In this document: positions 49,068 to 63,045 of the stretch, one piece after another
Numbering within the stretch: position 1 is the first letter of the stretch
How the letters are laid out: each line of letters opens with the position of its first letter
NCBI RefSeq assembly: GCF_001194135.2
Contig: NC_068988.1
Coordinates: 77,747,018-77,811,017, forward strand
DNA: 64,000 bases
Reading direction: 5' to 3'
Origin: Octopus bimaculoides
Lineage: Eukaryota
The notes under the pieces: model-generated
Told to the model about the DNA's origin: nothing
Seen by the model: only the letters and a program-made list of their open reading frames with translations
The model's database searches: none
Position numbers and translations under genes: made by a program

Positions 49068-50293
49068 CGAAGGCAGACAAATCACAAACCCCTTCAGGTA
49101 GAATGGCCCTGCTCGATCTGTAGAAAAGGCATAGGTAGAAACTCCATAAGATGTACCTGGTGTAAACTATGGACACTTAAGAGGTGCAGCAATATCAAAG
49201 GCAGGTTAACTAGGAAGATAGTTTTTGCGTGTGGAAGATGCACAGGGGCAATAAACACTGAAGATGTACAGAAAACAGATTCCATCACATGCCAGAGAGA
49301 AAAACTAGAAGTAGTTGATAGCTTCTGTTACCTAGATGATCAAGTCAGTAGCTGGGGAGGATGCTCTGAGAGCATAGCTGCTAGAATAAGAATAGCCTGG
49401 GCAAAGTTCAGAGAACTTCTACCTCTGCTGGTAACAAAGTGACTCTCACTCAGAGTGAAAGGTAGACTGTATGATGCATGTGTGCGAACAGCCATACTAC
49501 ACAGCAGTAAAACATGAGCTGTGACTGCTGAAGACAAGCGTAGGCTTGAAAGAAATGAAGCTAGTGTACTCCATTGGATATGTAATGTCAGTGTGCATAC
49601 AAAACAAAGTGTAAGTGCCTTGAAAGAAAAGTTAGGCATAAGAAACATCAGGTGTGGTGTGAAAGAGTGACGACTGCACTGGTATGGTCATGTATTGCAT
49701 ATCGATGAGGACAGCTGTGTGAAGAAGTGTCACATCCTAACAGTGAAAGGAACCTGTGAAAGAGGTAGACCCAGGAAGACATGGGATGAGGTAGTAAAGT
49801 ACAACCTTCAAACTTTGGGCTTCACAGAGGCAATGACAAGTGACCGAGACCTTTGGAAATATGTTGTGATTGAGAAGACCCAGCAAGTCAAGTAAGATCA
49901 TAGCTGTGGCTGATGCCAGTGTTGCATAAGTGGCCCATTTAAAAGTACCCTTCAATTATCGGACAATATGCTGTGAAGACCTGCTGAGTCAAGTGAAATC
50001 ATAGTCGTGGCTGATAACAGTACTGCCTGATTGGCTCCCCTGCCGGTGGCATGTAAAAAGCACTATTTGAGCATGCTTGGTGCCAGTTCCACTTGGTTGG
50101 CCCTTGTGCCAGTGGCACATAAATAGCACCCACTACCTCTCGGAGTGGTTGGTGTTAGGAAGGTATCCAGTTGTAGAAACCTTGCCAGATCAGATTGGAG
50201 CTTGGTATAGCCTCCTGGCTTGCCAGTCCTCAGTCAAACCGTCCAACCCATGCCAGCATGGAAAGCAGACGTTAAACGATGATGATGATGATG
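49068..50293 (+). mobile_element. 5'-truncated RTE LINE (PHD-like module, thumb, C-terminus, 3' UTR, (GAT)n)
   Basis: WPCSICRKGIGRNSIRCTWCKLW...LEVVDSFCYL...RIRIAWAKFREL...RLHWYGHVL...GRPRKTWDEVV. Confidence 0.9.
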
Positions 50294-50336
50294 ATATGTA
50301 TATATGTATATAGGTATGTGTGTGTGTGTGTGAGTG

Positions 50337-50417
<81 letters not shown>

Positions 50418-50514
50418 TTGTATATACATGCATGTATACACACACAAATACACACATGCACACACATACACACACAGAGAAAGAGACGAGTGTTAGGTTC
50501 ATTGCTTTGAACTA

Positions 50515-51100
50515 GAGAAAAAGTGACAATCCATACTGTGGAAACACTCCTTCTCATTTGCTCCAAAGAAGGTCAATGTCATTTCATAGGTACGGATGGT
50601 TATGGCCAGTTTTTTGGGATGCAAAAGGCACCGTCTTTATTGACTATCTTCAAAATGGCCACACCATCAATAGAGAGTACTATGACACCTTGCTGAGGCA
50701 GTTACAAGAGGCTATCAAGACCAAACGCCCAAGAAAATTGATGAAAGGAGTCTTGTTTCATCAGTACAATGCTTCAGCATGCGAATCCTTGCTTACAATG
50801 GCTAGTGTGCATGACTGTGGCTTTGAAATGATTGATCCCCATCTTTTTTCTTCTCATTTGGCTCCATCTGACTATCAATTTGTTCTCCAAAATTAAAAAA
50901 AAAGAACACTTGACTAGGAATCAGTATCACAGATTTGATGATGTCATATCTGGTACTGATGACCTTTTTGACCAACATGATGAAAGCTTGAGATCCAAGC
51001 ACTGCAACATCAATGGAAGAAGTGTGTTGACAGCAAGAGGGACTATTTTAGAAAATAAACCTCATTTGGTCATATTTCATGAGATTTTAAACTTTTCAGA
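50515..51100 (+). pseudogene. mariner transposase 3' half, decayed
   Basis: VFWDAKGTVFIDYLQNGHTINREYY...GVLFHQYNASA...HLAPSDY. Confidence 0.85.
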
Positions 51101-51490
51101 TATATATGTCTGTGTTCGGATTGTCTTTGCATCATCTTTTCTCCTAATCGCTGTGTCTATTCTGTACCTTCTCATCTTCGTACCATCTCTTCTACTCACT
51201 GTGCCCTGCAAGAGATAAGTACTTGATTTGTGCATGTTAAATATTTCCTTTCCCATTCCTCCACCATTATATCCTGCTACCCTTCCTTGCTCTTTCCCCA
51301 AAAAATCATATCGAAATGAGGAGAGAGCATATTCTGGCAATGTTCACCTGTCCTCCTTTATTGACTCTCTTTTCACCATACTCTCTTGGATATGTTACTT
51401 TGAGGATATGCTCTGGTTCCTTGTCATCATTTCTCTTCCACATACTACTCTATCCACCCATATATAACTTTGTTTAGGCCTGCATCTTCT

Positions 51491-51636
51491 GTGAATAAAG
51501 GAAAGATTAGATGAAACTAGGTTATAGAAGGGTCAAAAGTAATGCTATGGGATTAGTGAGTGTCAACTCACTAATCCCATAGCATTACTTTTGACCCTTC
51601 TATAACCTAGTTTCATCTAATCTTTTCTTTATTCAC
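51491..51636. repeat. Near-perfect hairpin: 71-bp arms, 4-nt loop, 1 mismatch
   Basis: 51491-51561 is the reverse complement of 51566-51636; loop GTCA. Confidence 0.92.
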
Positions 51637-54600
51637 CTATATGTTAAAGATAGGATTGTACTGCACCTCTTCCTCAACCTTATTCACTCCTCTATCAATT
51701 ATATAATTAAAGGAAATAAGACATGAAAGATTACTAATGAAATTGGAGGAAGAGCCAGAAGCTTGTTCCCTTTGCCTTTCACTTTAACCCCTTATCCCCT
51801 TATATAGTATAACACATCTGGCCATGGGGAAATATTAATTTGTTTCAAAACAGGTGAGGATGGTGATATGACAGGTATCTGGCCAAAGAAAATCTGCCTC
51901 AGCAAATTATGTCTGACCCAGGTAAGCATGGAATAGCAGACTTTAAAGCAAGGAAGAGGAGGAGGAAGTATTATTATAGTTTTAAAAACCTAGCTGATAA
52001 TTGTAGAGTAATTTAGGTATTACAGGTGTGCAATATTTCAATGGTTGTTTGAAGATATCACCTTTGAGAAAGATATCAGTGTAACCAGTATATCTATTTT
52101 ACTATCTCACCATAGTGTTATGTTAATAGGGAAACTAGTGATGTGTCTCTATCAACCCAGCTATCTGTTCTCTGCCTTTGATACACAACTGCTTCATATA
52201 CATTCTGTCTTTTACTCAAGTTAAACTGGAACATTTAATCAATTATACACACAGATCAAGATTCATTGAGCAAATCTGTGAACCAAATTTAATCAATCAC
52301 ACAGAAATTGGTTAAGTTCTTCGATATATAGTGATGTCAACATGTAAGCAATCTTCCATTGATTGGATCAATATCTTCAATGAAACATCAAACTGTAAGG
52401 GTTACAGAAACTTTGATCAACACCTCTTTACATTATGCACCATTACCAACTGTACATATATATTGATCACTCCATGTTGTTGTTGTTGTTGTCTAACCCA
52501 AGGTTGACCCTGACTAAGTAGACCTGTGGTTAAAGTCATACCAGCCATCACCATCCCTCCCATAATTTTTATCTTTTTTTTTTGTTTTCACATTTACCCT
52601 TTTCTTTATAAGACAGTAGAGCTTAATGTCAGGAAGATTTACTTACTGTTTCTAGCAGGTTAAATGACCACAAAGAGGTAATATCATTAGCTTAATCATT
52701 ATTGTTTGTCTTCTAAAGTTGATTTTAATTAATTTTCAATATATTGTTCTATTGAACCTGAGGAAATGGTCATGTGGGTCAACAAGTTTGTTTCACTTCT
52801 ACATAGTTTGCAGTTCAGTCTCATTGTGTGACAGGTATCATAGGTGAGTTCCTTCGATCATAACTTTAAGTCAACCTGAACGAAAATATATAATTTGTAT
52901 TGTATGGTTTAAATCACTGGGATGCTAAGAATATAACAAGGAGTGCTTGCTACACTTTGCATAACTAAGTTGATTGGATTTACATAAGAAAAGCATCTTA
53001 CCAATCATTGCAATCCTGGGTTGCCTCCTTTGTGACATTCAACATCATGCATTCAACTCACACCACTTGTCCTATCTTCCTTTTGACATGTTAAACCAGC
53101 TCCAACAATGTTTTTAGTAACATATCTTATCATATATACACCCCTGTGATCAACATTCGTACCATCTTTACAGAAAATGCTCCTCCAGGTCAATGATTCT
53201 GTTACCTTGGTACCTTACACAATAATAATAATAATAATGTTCATCTGGTGTTGTCGCCGACGACCAGGGCATCACATGGGAGAAGAAGATGGGTCATGGT
53301 GCAGCCACTTGTGACGAATGAGGCTGATATGTGCTCGGAAGGTTCTGCCATAGGTCAAGCACTGGTGGTCTGTTGGGAATGAAGGCTTCTGCGGATCTAT
53401 TCTGTTCATAGGAGGTGGCACCATATATGCACCCGTAATTCAGCAGAATACTCCCATATATTACTACTTTCAAAGCCCATATTTCACTATCATACAACAT
53501 CAAACTCTGAATCCCAGAACATTAATATCTATTTTCCATTCAGAGATAGAATTTTTTCGTTGCCATAAGAAGTAATAGCTCCCTGAAATTCTCTGGCTTC
53601 TCTTGCCTTGTGTATATGTATACACAAACATATACACCCACATAAAACACATGCACACACTCATGTGTGTGTGTGTGTGTGTAGGCACAGTATGGCTGAA
53701 TAGTCAAGAAGTTTGTCTCACAGCTTTGAGGTCCTATGTTTGATTCTGTTGCATAACAACTTGAGCAGGTATCATTTTCTATAGCCTTGGGTCAACCCAT
53801 TCCTTGTAAGAAGAAATTATGTGGGATCCTACTGAAAGAACTGTGCCAGTAATTCAAAGGTCCAGCCTTCTTATGCTTTTTTCAACTGACTCTGCTTCAG
53901 AATTCAATGAGCTTCATTGTTCAGTTGACTGAGCAACTGAAAACTTGAGACCAGACATTTTGAACAAGATCCATTTATTTATTACATATACACACACATA
54001 CTCACAGCCATGTGTGTGTGTGTGTTCGTGTGTATTGTTATGAACACATATATCACACCTTGATATTTTGTCACCCTTTCAATAATATGAACAATATCTC
54101 TCCCTATGTTTATACATGTGTATGTGATCACATAATATATATTTTTCTTTATATCAACAAACATAAATTATACATAGCTTTCTAAATCTGTCTATATAAA
54201 ATGCATGTTTTTTCCCTATAAATGTCTGTGCATGAATGATATGATTTCTATATGTATGCATATACAATGCATTTTATTCTATGCATGTATCTACATAAAT
54301 TGTATATCTTCATATATGTGTAGATATATTTAATGTTTCCCTATACATGCATATGCATAAGTTACATATATCTATATACATGTTTGGGAAGATAAAGAGG
54401 CTGGGGTTGAGAAAAAAACTTTGTCAGTGTAGAGAAAATGTTCACTTCAAACTATGGAGAATATTCTGTTGGCTGTTTGAAAAGACAGCAATCCTGGAAT
54501 TCTTCTGGAGACTTAAAACTAGAATATAGAGAAGCAATAATCTAGGTTGACTGCTTTGACATCATTTATCACTGTTCAGAGATATGAAAGACAAGCAAAG

Positions 54601-55135
54601 TAAACCTAACCAGCTTCCTGCTATCATCTTTTCTATATTCTACCTGTTTGATAGCCTGCTGTGGTGTGCATATCTGAAATTGGATATATAAAGTTGAAAT
54701 GAAAATTCCTTTTCAGTTAGAATTCTAATATATTGCATCCTAATGACAAAGTATCTGGAATCAGATATATTTAATCTTGGAGTAGTGAGTCGCAGAAAAA
54801 GATATGGTAAATTGTAAAATTTATGTCACCACTGTCTCATTAATTTCTACTGCTTGTATATGAAATGAAATGAAAATCACTCATAATTCTTAATTGGATG
54901 CGTGCTCTCTGAAAATTATAATATCCCCTACTTGTAGCATGTCTAAGAGAAGTTTACTCATGAAGTCCACCTCTCACCAGGTTATTGACTTTGACAATAA
55001 ATCATAGATAAGCAATACATGCTACCCACACATTGAAGATAGTACAACTCTACAGCATGCATACATGCATGCACGCACACACACACATACACACATACAC
55101 ATGCACACACATACAACTCAACACAACACACTACT

Positions 55136-55174
<39 letters not shown>

Positions 55175-55324
55175 CACATGCAACACTCATACATGTACAC
55201 ACTCATAGACATCATCAAGTAAAAAGCGAGCTGACTCATCATGAAGTTGTTCACCGACACTCCCTACTCTACTACTACTACTACTACTACCACTACTACA
55301 ACCACCACCACCACCACCACCACC

Positions 55325-55365
<41 letters not shown>

Positions 55366-57424
55366 AGTGGTCGTTGAGCTGACTGGGCCTCCAATACCTA
55401 AACCTACCAACAAACCCTGTCTTCCATCTTTTCAGGTACCAAACCAGGACAGTAGATTAACAGCACTGTGAAAACATTGGACCAGGTACCTTGTGGTATT
55501 TGTTCCAGTTCTTTGCATTTTGAGTTCAAATTCCATCATGATCTACTAAAGTAGTAGGCTTAACCCATTGCTCACTTTAATACCACTGTCTGGCACTTTG
55601 GCTGACCGTAGCAGGGTCCACTCAGCTGCATATATTCAGGTCAGGCTTCCTGTTTGAAAAGACTTCACTTCCTTCCCTCCAACCTATCTTGGAGACTCTA
55701 TAGTGGGTCATAGGCACTGCCTTCCCTCCTAACTGACATGACCCACTCTAGACATTATTTTCTTTCTTCACAAAACATCTTCCTGCTGGTAGCCTCTTCC
55801 TGTCTGATCACAGTTCTTTCTGAATATTTAAGAAGAACACTAACCACTTAGATCTCACCAGTCTTAGAATTCCTGTGCATGATAAGACCCCAGATCAAAC
55901 TCTTAGAAATATGTCATTTGTTAGCTTCTCAACTTTTTTTCTTCCAACATTTGGCATTGCAATGTTAATAACCAAAACATTTACCATTTTTGACACAGAA
56001 AATAATGTCAAGCATATTATTAGTAACCAACAACATGGTGTTATATTCATTTCATGAAGTGTTGAAGGAAATTTTCATTATTTCTAAGACTGATTTAATT
56101 TCATTTGATTACAGTTGAACTTTCCCAATGAAGTTGAAGCTAAATAGTACAGCTTAGGAAACATAATAGTAAAATATTCAATATCATTTAATGTGTCTGA
56201 AGAAAATATACAAGATGTACAGGCCTTGGTGTCCCTATGTTTCACAATATGCTTATCTTTCTTTTTGGGTAAGCTGTTGAAGTCTTAGTAATGGTTTTGT
56301 ACCATTGCACTGGTATCAACATTATAAATAGAGTGAAGTGCATTGTGTATGTACTTAATGTAGATACCAGCCCATAACAGTTGTTCAAACAAACATCAAC
56401 TGCATCAATATCCTCTGTGCTGAAGAACAAAATTTATAGACAGCACTTTCCTCTAGAACCTTTTATTAACCCAGCACCTCTTTTCATTGAATGCCGTCTT
56501 ACAAACATCATCTTCACATATCTTGGTGAGGAGGAGGAAGCAGATTATTTTAACAGATATCTGTATGAATTAGTGGTCCTATGTTAGAATTTTAGGAGAA
56601 ATAGTTTAAAAAGGGAGGACTTATATAAGAAAATTATATAGGACCTTGGCACACTGGTAGTCATGTCTTCTCACTGATAATGCAATGTACATTTCGTATT
56701 CTAATCTTAGCAAATATGTGTAAAATATAGGAATTGTACCTAGTCTAAGATAAAAAAAATTGCAACAACCACCCTCTAAATGCTGAGCACCCCTACAGCA
56801 CACATTTGTGAGGTTACAGTGACCCAAAGGCAAAACACTGTTCTGGCTAAGAGGCACTGCTCAAGGCAAATCCATTAAACCAAGGTGAAAAACAAATGAC
56901 ATGAAGGGCCAAACCAATAAAATAGATTCAAGAGTTTTCCATAAAATCTATGGTAGAAGTACATGCCACTTATATATGAAATACGGTAGCATATTTAGGG
57001 ATTTAATTTAGGGATATAATTTACCATATTTTTTTGTTGTTTCAAGAAGTGGGCAATGGACAGCTTTACATTATCTTTTCTAAAGAGACAGATCAAAACA
57101 AACTTAGTTGTGATATTCATATGTTTGTTAAGAATGTTATCAATGTAAATGAAGTGATACAGTTATGAAAGAAAAAAGGCAGAGTGCTATTAATGGAGTT
57201 TATTTTGTATACTGTAGATTAATTTCTTCAGAAAACTCCTAAGATGAGGAAGGAGATCCAGGGCTTGCAGTTCTAAAGAAGGATGGGAGATGTTTGATGA
57301 AAATATTAAGAAATGGGATACAGGAGAATTCCTGGTAAGAAGACAGATAGATATATTGTATGGGCTTAGGTTTGACATGACTGAATAAGTGTGCGCATGC
57401 ACACACACACACACACACTCAGAG

Positions 57425-57590
57425 TACATTCTGTGCAGTGGCATTAGGAAGGGCATCCAAACATAGAAACCATACCAGAGTGGACAATGGAGTATGGTGC
57501 AACCCCCAGCCTTACCAGCTCCTGTCAAACCTTCCAGCCCATGCTAGCATGGAAAATGGATATTAAATAATGATGATGATGATGATGATG
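57425..57590 (+). mobile_element. RTE-type 3' tail
   Basis: GGCATTAGGAAGGGCATCCA...CCCATGCTAGCATGGAAAA..(GAT)n. Confidence 0.7.
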
Positions 57591-58334
57591 AAGTATTCCC
57601 AACTGAGGTTACCTTGTAAGAAAAAGAGCAACCAGTAGTGAGAGAATTCTTTACTACCATAATGTACAAGGCAACCCTTCTTGTTCTGTGTCATAGTGGA
57701 ATGCACCTGGTACTCACTGTAGGGTGAGTAGCAAATGAACAGAGAAAACAAGATGAAGAGGTCTCTTTGGTCCTTTCCCATTGAGAATATGACATTTTCT
57801 CTAGTGACTGAGTGCAGATAAAACACTTTGTATTGTGCTTGGCAACAACAAGGGCATGCAGCCATAGAAAATATGACAAAAATTATAGATATCAGAAACA
57901 GTGAGGGCAGTAGCTATACAATAAGAACTGACTAGGACAGAGGTGGCCTGTCCAAACCATGGCAAGATGAAAAACGAACTTGAAAATGGAGAATTGATGA
58001 TGATAATGATGATGATGATGATGATTACACGCACGCACACACACTCACACTCACACACACACACACGCACACACACACACACACACACGTGCCCACATAC
58101 ACATGCACACACACATATGCACGCACACACAAATATACAAACGCATATGCCAGCAAGGAAAATGGATGTTGAGTGATATGTTGATGACATACCTACCTAC
58201 CTACCTACCTACCTACATACATACATACATACATGCATACATACATACACACATGCATATATATGTATATATACATGCACATATATGTATGTCTCTATCT
58301 CTATACATATGCACACACTCACACACATTTTACT

Positions 58335-58565
58335 CTTTTACTCTTCTACTTGTTTCAGTAATTTGACTGTGGCCATGCTGGAACACTGTCTTTTTGTCAG
58401 AGAAATCGACCTCAGGACTTATTGTTTGTAAACCTGGTATTTTTTCTATCAGTCTTTTCTGCCGAACCACTAAGTTATGTCGATGTAAATGAACCAACAT
58501 CGGTTGTCAAGCAATGGTGGTGGGGACAAACACACACACATAAATATATACATACATATATACAT

Positions 58566-58608
<43 letters not shown>

Positions 58609-59760
58609 NNNNNNNNNNNNNNNNNNNNNNNNNNNNNNNNNNNNNNNNNNNNNNNNNNNNNNNNNNNNNNNNNNNNNNNNNNNNNNNNNNNNNNNNNNNN
58701 NNNNNNNNNNNNNNNNNNNNNNNNNNNNNNNNNNNNNNNNNNNNNNNNNNNNNNNNNNNNNNNNNNNNNNNNNNNNNNNNNNNNNNNNNNNNNNNNNNNN
58801 NNNNNNNNNNNNNNNNNNNNNNNNNNNNNNNNNNNNNNNNNNNNNNNNNNNNNNNNNNNNNNNNNNNNNNNNNNNNNNNNNNNNNNNNNNNNNNNNNNNN
58901 NNNNNNNNNNNNNNNNNNNNNNNNNNNNNNNNNNNNNNNNNNNNNNNNNNNNNNNNNNNNNNNNNNNNNNNNNNNNNNNNNNNNNNNNNNNNNNNNNNNN
59001 NNNNNNNNNNNNNNNNNNNNNNNNNNNNNNNNNNNNNNNNNNNNNNNNNNNNNNNNNNNNNNNNNNNNNNNNNNNNNNNNNNNNNNNNNNNNNNNNNNNN
59101 NNNNNNNNNNNNNNNNNNNNNNNNNNNNNNNNNNNNNNNNNNNNNNNNNNNNNNNNNNNNNNNNNNNNNNNNNNNNNNNNNNNNNNNNNNNNNNNNNNNN
59201 NNNNNNNNNNNNNNNNNNNNNNNNNNNNNNNNNNNNNNNNNNNNNNNNNNNNNNNNNNNNNNNNNNNNNNNNNNNNNNNNNNNNNNNNNNNNNNNNNNNN
59301 NNNNNNNNNNNNNNNNNNNNNNNNNNNNNNNNNNNNNNTCTTATGATATTTACTTTACTTTATATTATACTCATTTATTGTGCTTTTAATTATTAATTTT
59401 TCTATATGTGATAGTGGATTTTCATCGATGAGTTCTTGAAAATTGGTTATTTTCCCTAAAACTATATATTTTATATATACTTTATCTATAAGGCTCAATT
59501 TAATTTTAATTTTTTATAAATTGATTTTAATTGAGTTTTTTACCTGTAATTTTAGATTTTGTCCCTAATATTATTATATATATATATATATATATATGAT
59601 GAGCTTCTTTCAGTTTCCGTCTACCAAATCCACTCGCAAGGCTTTGGTCTGCCCAAGGTTATAGTAGAAGACATTTGCCCAAGCTGCCACACAATAGGAC
59701 TGTACCCAGAATCATGTAGTTGGAAAGCAAGCTTCTTAGCACACAGCCATGCCTGCACCT
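58335..59760 (-). mobile_element. SINE family 1 tail and head on either side of a gap
   Basis: Tail 58335-58535; head 59597-59760; may be one or two copies. Confidence 0.65.
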
Positions 59761-59994
59761 TTTTATAAAATGTTTGTTTTGATATCAAAGTATATATAAA
59801 AAACATTTTAACAATAATCTGAATGTTTACTCAGTACGTTTTAGTAGAGTACATAATTATTGACTTTTACAAGGAAAAGATTAACAGTGACTTCAAAGTT
59901 TTGGCTTGCTTACCATCTGATGTTGAGCAAGTCAAAATTTTGAAGTCACTGTCAACGTTGCATTACAAGAATCAATATATAAATTGATTTTTGC

Positions 59995-60285
59995 AATGTG
60001 TGGCTGTGTTGTAAGAAGTTTGCTTCCTAACTACATGGTTCCAGGTTCAGTCCTACTGTATGGCACCTTGGGCAAGTGTCCTCTTCTATAGCCTTTGCCC
60101 AACCAAAGCCTTGTGAATGGATTTGGTAGATGAAAACTGAAAGAAGGCCGTCGTATATGTATTTATGTGTGTATGTCTTTGCATCTGTGTTTGTCCTCCA
60201 CCACCATTTGGCAACTGATGTTAGTCTTTAAGGTGGTGCCCCAACATGGCCACTGTATAATGACTGGAGCAAGAAAAAGATAAAG
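59995..60285 (+). mobile_element. SINE family 1
   Basis: GTGTGGCTGTGTTGTAAGAAGTTTGCTT...GGCACCTTGGGCAAGTGTC...CAAAGCCTTGTGAATGGATTTGG. Confidence 0.8.
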
Positions 60286-60350
60286 ATAGAAGAATATATA
60301 TATATATATAATCGGTCATAATGTCTTACGTTTAAGATGATTCCCATGCT

Positions 60351-60434
60351 TTCCCTGATGAGAAGGTTACAATTTTAATATCAAAGACCGCTATGGATCA
60401 CACAGGTTGTAATCCTTTGAAACATATGTAGGAA
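60351..60434 (+). ncRNA. Type I hammerhead ribozyme with intact catalytic core
   Basis: TTCC-CTGATGA-GAAGGTTACAA-34nt-TTGTAATCCTTT-GAAA-CATATG-TA-GGAA; palindromic ACATATGT stem III; GUA triplet; AATAAA overlaps the 3' arm. Confidence 0.75.
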
Positions 60435-60634
60435 TAAAGTATGCAATTATAACATGCGTTTTCTCCAATCCTTAAATTCTTAATTATACTCAAATACCCA
60501 AAATTTCAAGGAGTTCCTGCCTTAAAAACAGGAACTAAACCACAATTATTTTGTGTTCTTTGCTACATTGGTTTCTATTAACCCATTTATTCTATCAGAA
60601 GAATTTTTATTCATTAAGATAGAAGAAATACACA

Positions 60635-60695
<61 letters not shown>

Positions 60696-61267
60696 TCACT
60701 CACACACACATATATATATATATATGTGTGTGTGTATATTATATGTATATTATATGATGATTACTTCATTTTCACAGACAATTGCCATCTCCTTGTGCTT
60801 CCACATTGTCAATGCATTTCTGACTTTCCATTCATGACTTCTCAGATGAACGTTCACTCCTGTTGCAGATCTGCATGGTTTGAAGCATAGGTGAGAGATG
60901 AGAGTTGTAACACACTTAGGTCTGCACATGTTACCACTCTTCAATCACTTTAGGACTTACAGTAGATGGAATGACAAGTGAAGTCAGCATAAAGAGACGT
61001 TTGTACATCATTGGATTATAGTGATAAATGCTTGTACAACACAGGTACCAATCTTTGAGTCTCTGTGATTAGTACTTGGTGACAGCCAAAGTGAGATAAT
61101 CAATAATCATGTGAAATGCAGGTTTAACATCGGTGTCCCTCTCCTAGAAGGACACTGTGGCAATAACTAGGGATTCCTCACTTTACTATGCTTCAGGTCA
61201 GAGTAGACTTGGGAACAATAGTGGCTAAGAGGTGTCTCTACACACCTCAAAATCCTTGATGTATGTA

Positions 61268-62165
61268 TATATCAGTTTCAAATTTTGACACACGGCCAGC
61301 AATTTCAGGGGATGGGGCAGTTCGGTTAAATTTGACCCTAGTATTTGACTGGAACCTATTTTATTGACCCTGCAAGGACAAAAGGCAAAGTCAACCCCAG
61401 TGGAATTTTATCTCAGAAGATAAAGGTGGACAAAATATTGCTAAACATTTTACTTGGTGTGCAAATGATTCTGCCAGCTCATCACCTTAATGTATGTATA
61501 TATTATATCAATATTGGTTTAAAAACTTGGCACAATGCCAGCAATTTCATTAGAAATAGTAAGTCAATTACATTGACCCCAGCACTCATCTGGTACCATT
61601 TTTATCAACCCCAAAAGGATGAAGGGAAAAGTCAACCCCAGAAGCATTTTAACTCAGAATGTAAGGATGGATGAAATGCTGCTAAGCATTTTGTTTGGAG
61701 TGCTAATGATTTGGCCAGCTCACCACCCTATATTCCATATTAATATTTATTTCAGATTTTGGTACAAGGCCTGCAAGTTTGGGGCAGGGGTAAGTCAATT
61801 ATATTGACCCCAGTACTCAACTGCTAGTTATTTTATCAACCCCAAAAAGATGAAAGGCAAAGATGATCTCAGTAGAATTTGAAGCTGCTAAGCATCTTGA
61901 CACATGGGCTAATAATTCTGCCAGCTCGCCACCTTAATAATAATAATGATCCTTTCTATTATAGGCACAAAGCCTGAAAAGTTAGGGGAGGGGGCTAGTC
62001 AATCACATAGACACCAGTACTTGACTGCTACTTATTTTATCAACTCCGAAAGGATGAAATGCAAAGTTGATCTCAGAAGAATTTGAATTCAGAACATAAA
62101 GACAGATGAAATGCTGGAAAGCATTTTGCCCAGTATGCTAACAATTCTGCCAATTCACCACCTTA
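61268..62165 (-). mobile_element. Four head-to-tail copies of a ~220-bp tRNA-derived SINE (family 3, Deu/Nin-like core)
   Basis: Units at ~61268, 61510, 61745 and 61950, each with TTGACCCCAGTA..CTGGT.C.TATTTTAT.AACCCC.AAAGGATGAAAGGCAAAGTC and CTGCCAGCTC.CC.CC. Confidence 0.75.
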
Positions 62166-62579
62166 CACCATATTAATATCAATATTATAATACTGCTAAG
62201 AAATATGGTAGCCTTCTAATGCCACACAGGCTGTGATACCATATAAATTAGTAATAATTACCTAACAATAAGAACAATATTTTGAAAATGATATAGCTCT
62301 ATTTAAATTGCTAATTTTAATCAGCTTTTAAGAAATACTCAGATCAGTTTAATGAGTGAATTTAAAATGAAATATAATGAGATATTAACCGAAGTCACAT
62401 TGCTCCTTGAGAGACATGTAGCTTAGATAATAAAAAACTATAAGTGTGTATTTTAATTATATGTTTGGTGTCATATATACATGAGTGAGAGTATGTGAGT
62501 ATGTGTGTATGTATGTATATATGAATCTCTATCTCTTCTCACTCTCACTTTCTCTCTCACTCTCTCTCTCTCTCTCTCC

Positions 62580-62631
<52 letters not shown>

Positions 62632-62679
62632 ATATTATATATATATGTATATTATATATATATATATATATATGATATA

Positions 62680-63000
62680 GGGCAAAGACCTCCTTTGTTC
62701 ATGAATGACCATGGGACTGCACCTAGAAAGTACCCTCCGAGGTACAAGTCTGAGCAAGGTTGTTTATGGAAGTCCATGTATACCAGCCTCCCCTCTCTAT
62801 ACCACCGATGTTGTCCAAGAGAAAGTCAAAGGCCAATACAGCTTGGCACCAGTTATGTTACAACTCATTTCTATGGCTGAGTGAACAGGATCGATGTGAA
62901 TTAGTGTCTTGCTCAAGAACACAGCACACAGCTTGGTCAGGGAATCAAACTCACTACCTCATAATTGTGAGCCCAATGCTTTAACCACAGAGCCATGCAC
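62680..63000 (-). mobile_element. tRNA-derived SINE (family 2), full length
   Basis: GTGTCTTGCTCAAGAACAC core and tRNA-like head as at 40395. Confidence 0.7.
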
Positions 63001-63001
63001 C

Positions 63002-63045
<44 letters not shown>

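Noticed and set aside
55870-56590. Short ORFs (e.g. 56381-56587) in unique-looking DNA
   Set aside because: No recognisable motif and frequent stops; may be a very old element but cannot be supported.
61268-62165. Regularly spaced repeats as a CRISPR-like array
   Set aside because: The units are ~220-bp diverged SINE copies in eukaryotic DNA, with no short identical repeats, unique spacers or cas genes.
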